Assembly (NCBI GenBank): GCA_040285855.1 | Contig: JAUFOQ010000013.1 | Coordinates: forward strand, 744,001 to 808,000 | DNA length: 64,000 nt | Origin: Eukaryota sp. GEM-RC1 | Taxonomy: Eukaryota | Direction: 5' to 3' | Shown here: one piece after another, positions 59,804-64,000 of the stretch | How positions within the stretch are numbered: position 1 is the first letter of the stretch | How the letters are laid out: every line of letters starts with the position of its first letter | Made by a program: the position numbers and the translations under genes | Notes under the pieces: model-generated | What the model was told of the DNA's origin: nothing | The model's input: only the letters and a program-made list of their open reading frames with translations | Database searches by the model: none

Positions 59804-60686
59804 GTACAGAGAACCTTGGGCATTAAATAAATCTATGAATAAACCTGTTGCAGTAGCTACACATTTTTACTGTGTTGTAACCTATATAGCTGTCAGTTGG
59901 TTTAGAAATTTATTAAATATTCAATATTCAGCACTGGCACAATACAACAAACATGTTTTGATACGATTACTTGTAGTTCAGGAACACACAATTTCCAATA
60001 GTGATTTCAATATCAAAGGTCAAAGTGATTGAATCAGTTTCAAAACTTCTTCGGTCCTTTAACGCATATAAAATAGTTAGAGTTGTCTATAACATTCAAA
60101 CAGCAGTAAAACTTTATATAATACAATTAAATTATCATCAAACAACTTAGCCAAAATGTAATAAACGTATCGATAAATTGACTTAAGAAGCGGAAAAGTT
60201 AATATAATCCTATTTATACATGTTACATGTTTTAGCAAATTTTGAACTCAGTTTTCCAAAGCAATTCTGAAACTCTTTAGTGTAACTGCTACGATGATAA
60301 AAAAAGATCAAAAATACTTTGAGAAGACAACACTACGGTGGATATCTAGAAGTTTTTGTATGTCTGAAAATGACAACATCGGCAAATTGGAGGAATCTTG
60401 CAAATGCAAATTCTTTAGTGTTGAGGAAGTCCACGAGTGACTTCAGTTGGAGTGAAGTTACACATCACCAGAAATGACTAAATAGGTTTAGGATAGGTTA
60501 GTAAGTTGAAACATCATTATAGAACTTGGCAATAGGACAAACATATACAGAAGAATTTCAGAGGTTTATTGTATGAAAATAAACTTTCTAAATATGATAC
60601 AAAATTTCAATAAGAATACATACGGAAGATGATGATGGACGAAGAAAACGTCATCAATTGTTACGTGGTGAGTTAACAAAAGAGAA

Positions 60687-62786
60687 TTAGCACTTGATCC
60701 GATTATTTGAGATTCTTTTGATGAGTTGTTTAGTCTCAGAGTCAATAGAGTTAAACCCAAGATTAATCTCAGTAACAGTGGAATTGACCTTCAAAGCATC
60801 AGCCAATGCAATGGCACCTTCAGTACCAATAGAGTTAAACCCAAGATTAATCTCAGTAACAGTGGAATTGACCTTCAAAGCATCAGCCAATGCAATGGCA
60901 CCTTCATTACCAATAGAGTTTTCCCAAAGAGAAATCCGAATAACAGTGCAATTGACCTTCAAAGCATCAGCCAATGCAATGGCACCTTCATTCCCAATAG
61001 AGTTTTCCCGAAGACCAATCTCAGTAACAGTAGAATTGACCTTCAAAGCTTCAGCCAATGCTATGGCACCTTCAGTACCAATAGAGTTACTACCAAGATC
61101 AATCCGAGTAACAGTAGAATTGACCTTCAAAGCATCAGCCAATGCAATGGCACCTTCAGTACCAATAGAGTTACTACCAAGATCAATCCGAGAAACAGTA
61201 GAATTGACCTTCAAAGCATCAGCCAATGCAATGGCACCTTCAGTACCAATAGAGTTACTACCAAGATCAATCCGAGAAACAGTAGAATTGACCTTCAAAG
61301 CATCAGCCAATGCAATGGCACCTTCAGTACCAATAGAGTTAACAACAAGATTAATCTGAGTAACAGTGGAATTCACCTTCAAAGCTTCAGCCAATGCAAT
61401 GGCACCTTCATTACCAATAGAGTTTTCCTGAAGATCAAGCTCAGTAACAGACCCATTCCTCATTTCTTCCAAAACCTGCCTCAATTCAGGTTTTAACTTA
61501 CTCAAATGTATATTTTTTAATTGTAAAACTTCAGACTTAAGACTTTCAATATCCTCTCTTAAAAAACGATTGTCAGTTTCCAAATTTGAAATTTGTTGGT
61601 TGAAGTTCTTAACTTCATCGGGGAAGTTCATATTTGCTCCCACCAGTTCAACTCTCAACTTTGCCACGTCAGCAGCGAGTGTGGCAGTCGATGATTGGAT
61701 TTGAAGAGGGACCATTCGGAGTAAGAATCTGTTAAGTAAAGGCTCAATATCCACGTCATCAAGTAAATCAGACAAAGTCTCAGAAATGACGTTTACAGTC
61801 TCTAAAGTACATGTGATGGATTTCAAACAGCTGCTAAACTGTGACTTTGTCCAATCAGATTTTAAATTTTGCCAGGAATTGCGTAAACATTTAGCAAGGA
61901 AAACAGAATCAACGTTAAAAGAAGAAAGAATTTCAAATAGATCTGGAGTTACTTTGATTCCATTATCAGTAGATTTGATTGATCTGAGACGTTGTCCATG
62001 TTTTTTAACAAACATGAGATCATTTAAAGTACTTGCTTGTTCAATAAATCCTACATCAAAGTTAACTTCTATAAAGTCATTTCCAGCAATAACTACTGAC
62101 TCTACTTGAAAATAGGATCCTAAATAGGTCAACTCAAAAGCATTTTCAGTAGTCAATTTGATTTTACTTCCACTCAAAAACTCAAAAAAGCTTTGAAAAC
62201 TTTCTCTTGGCACCTTCAGCATATCATCAAAGCTAAGTTCTTGTTCATTTGAATCAGCCCATTGACTAGTCCAAAGGTTAGCAAAGTACTTAGAATAACA
62301 ACATAAGTGAAGCCTATTTGTTTTAGCAATATAGTCTTTATACTTCAGTTGCACTTCATGAGGAGTTTCCCTCTTCAACTTTTCTAGAATAGTTGATCCT
62401 TGGAGAGAGAAGACTTTGTTACTAGACTGTAGTCCCTTTAGTTGAAGGTTTGTGCAGTGGGTGATCAAAGGAGTGTACTTCAAGAGTTTTGCGATCACAT
62501 GAATGTCAAAGAGATTGGTTTCGTTGATGTCTAAAGGAAAGCCGTACATGGACAACATAATGGCTTCAAAGATCGAGGGATCTTCAACCATTCCTGAAGA
62601 GTTGATTTCAACGTGATCATGGCGATCTAGTTTCTCAAGGTATTTGGAAAAGAGAACGACAATGGAGAAGTGACAGTGGAACTCTAAGTCCTCGAACTCA
62701 ATAACACAGTCAGTGAGATGATTGTTGGATCGGAGATATTGTAGCTGTTCGATGGCTTCCTTGGCAAAGTCAGATATGGAGAGCAT
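60687..62786 (-). CDS. Tandem BTB - coiled coil - 9x LRR protein (699 aa), paralogue of 10428-12443
   Basis: Intact ORF, exactly 28 aa (84 bp) longer than the paralogue. Confidence 0.9.
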   Translation of the reverse strand: MLSISDFAKEAIEQLQYLRSNNHLTDCVIEFEDLEFHCHFSIVVLFSKYLEKLDRHDHVEINSSGMVEDPSIFEAIMLSMYGFPLDINETNLFDIHVIAKLLKYTPLITHCTNLQLKGLQSSNKVFSLQGSTILEKLKRETPHEVQLKYKDYIAKTNRLHLCCYSKYFANLWTSQWADSNEQELSFDDMLKVPRESFQSFFEFLSGSKIKLTTENAFELTYLGSYFQVESVVIAGNDFIEVNFDVGFIEQASTLNDLMFVKKHGQRLRSIKSTDNGIKVTPDLFEILSSFNVDSVFLAKCLRNSWQNLKSDWTKSQFSSCLKSITCTLETVNVISETLSDLLDDVDIEPLLNRFLLRMVPLQIQSSTATLAADVAKLRVELVGANMNFPDEVKNFNQQISNLETDNRFLREDIESLKSEVLQLKNIHLSKLKPELRQVLEEMRNGSVTELDLQENSIGNEGAIALAEALKVNSTVTQINLVVNSIGTEGAIALADALKVNSTVSRIDLGSNSIGTEGAIALADALKVNSTVSRIDLGSNSIGTEGAIALADALKVNSTVTRIDLGSNSIGTEGAIALAEALKVNSTVTEIGLRENSIGNEGAIALADALKVNCTVIRISLWENSIGNEGAIALADALKVNSTVTEINLGFNSIGTEGAIALADALKVNSTVTEINLGFNSIDSETKQLIKRISNNRIKC

Positions 62787-62968
62787 TTGGGGGAGATTTC
62801 ATACAACTTTGACTTTGTAATTATGCTCTCTCGAAGACATATCATACGTTTTCTTGTTTCTTTTAAAAACTTCACAGCATTACATCTCTGTTTTGTGATA
62901 TGAGATATCAAATCACAATCATCACGATAACAAAAGTGAACTGATATGAAAAATTATGCTGTTGTGGC

Positions 62969-63549
62969 CGTGTAATGCAAATGTTCCGTACTGATGTGAT
63001 TTTAGTCGTATCGTACCGTCTGTACTTTTAACTTACTAAGATATATTATTACTATTTTGAACATGATGATCCAATGTGAGATTTTACAAGTTACCATCGA
63101 CATAAATTCTACCGTTAAACATTGGTCAGGATGTGAATATAGTGATTGACACTCTGAGTCATATTTAGGGTACGTCATTTGCTGACCACAACTTCAAAAT
63201 GACATTTCTACGTACGAAGCTCAGCAATCGTTCGACATCAACAATAACAGTACCGTCTTCGAATCACAATGTGTTTATTGACTGCACACGACGTAATACA
63301 ACAATGATAAAGGGCCCAAAAACCCACAGATTGGATTTCTAAACGTTCAGAAGATGCAGAAGCAATTTGCACTAGTACTGTGTTTGAATAGTTAATGAAT
63401 CTCCACTTAAAAACCAGTCTTTGTAAATCCATTTAGATTATTCATAAATAGACTCTATATAAACTCAAATGACATCGGTACGGATAAAATTTGTAAGTAC
63501 GTGCCGATCCGTACCGATCCGTACTGTACTTACCAAAGATTTGCGTGCA
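62969..63549 (-). mobile_element. Duplicated inverted hAT MITE, one terminus deleted
   Basis: Copy of 12628-13195 that lacks CATTG and the right TSD. Confidence 0.75.
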
Positions 63550-64000
63550 TATCTCCCTGCAATTTGATCTCAAACAACATTATAGCAATTGATATTTTAT
63601 AATGAAATTTAATAAATGTATGAAAAATGTTCAAGACTGAGCTCATTAACACTCTATTTTCCATATTCATATAAAGGAACGATTCAACAATTTCAGGTTG
63701 GGTCTTCAGCTGCAGACGAGTACTCATCAAGAAGTTGGAGAAGCAGGAGCATTAGTCATCAAGGATTAGCATAGGTTCAATGTTTACATCAGGTTCACTA
63801 GTTGAAGTCATTGGTTGTGGAAATTGACGAAGAAATTGTTGTGAAGGCATAATAACATACTTTGGTGATCTAATGCTATCATATAATGCAACTAGAACTA
63901 TGATACAAATACAATGTAACAGTGTGCCATAAATTTGTCAGCGGCACATGTTCTGTTCCAAAAGGTTAGCCTTCGATAATGGAAATTGTTCTGAGTCAGA

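Larger units (their letters stand above)
58229..64000 (+). repeat. Segmental duplication, copy 2 (of 7977-13655)
   Basis: Collinear direct match including both MITEs, the nested LINE and the BTB-LRR gene. Confidence 0.95.

Overview
AT-rich, intron-poor eukaryotic (protist-like) DNA read in the standard code: TAA, TAG and TGA all end genes. A few housekeeping genes are present (SAE1/AOS1, MacroD-type macrodomain, Sec13/Seh1-like WD40, eIF4G-like, AATF/BFR2, partial ELP2, a DnaQ-type exonuclease). They sit among dense transposon debris: hAT elements and MITEs with 8-bp TSDs, many CRE-like non-LTR fragments, a Tc1/IS630 remnant and a chromodomain-bearing Ty3/Gypsy element. There is also an accessory set of modular genes: two BTB-BTB-coiled-coil-LRR paralogues in a segmental duplication, a BTB-BTB-coiled-coil-SPRY-like gene, another LRR gene, and a RING-kinase-PARG-type macrodomain-PBZ gene followed by an ART-like remnant. 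Three signals stand out. (1) The 84-bp LRR units have a near-invariant framework and four hypervariable codons, and they are shuffled between paralogues on a recently homogenised tract. (2) The Gypsy element has tiny, asymmetric LTRs and no visible PBS. (3) There is a multidomain ADP-ribose read/erase(/write) locus. Many genes carry +/-1 indels in homopolymers, most likely long-read assembly errors. Domain calls are from motif recognition by eye, not database searches.
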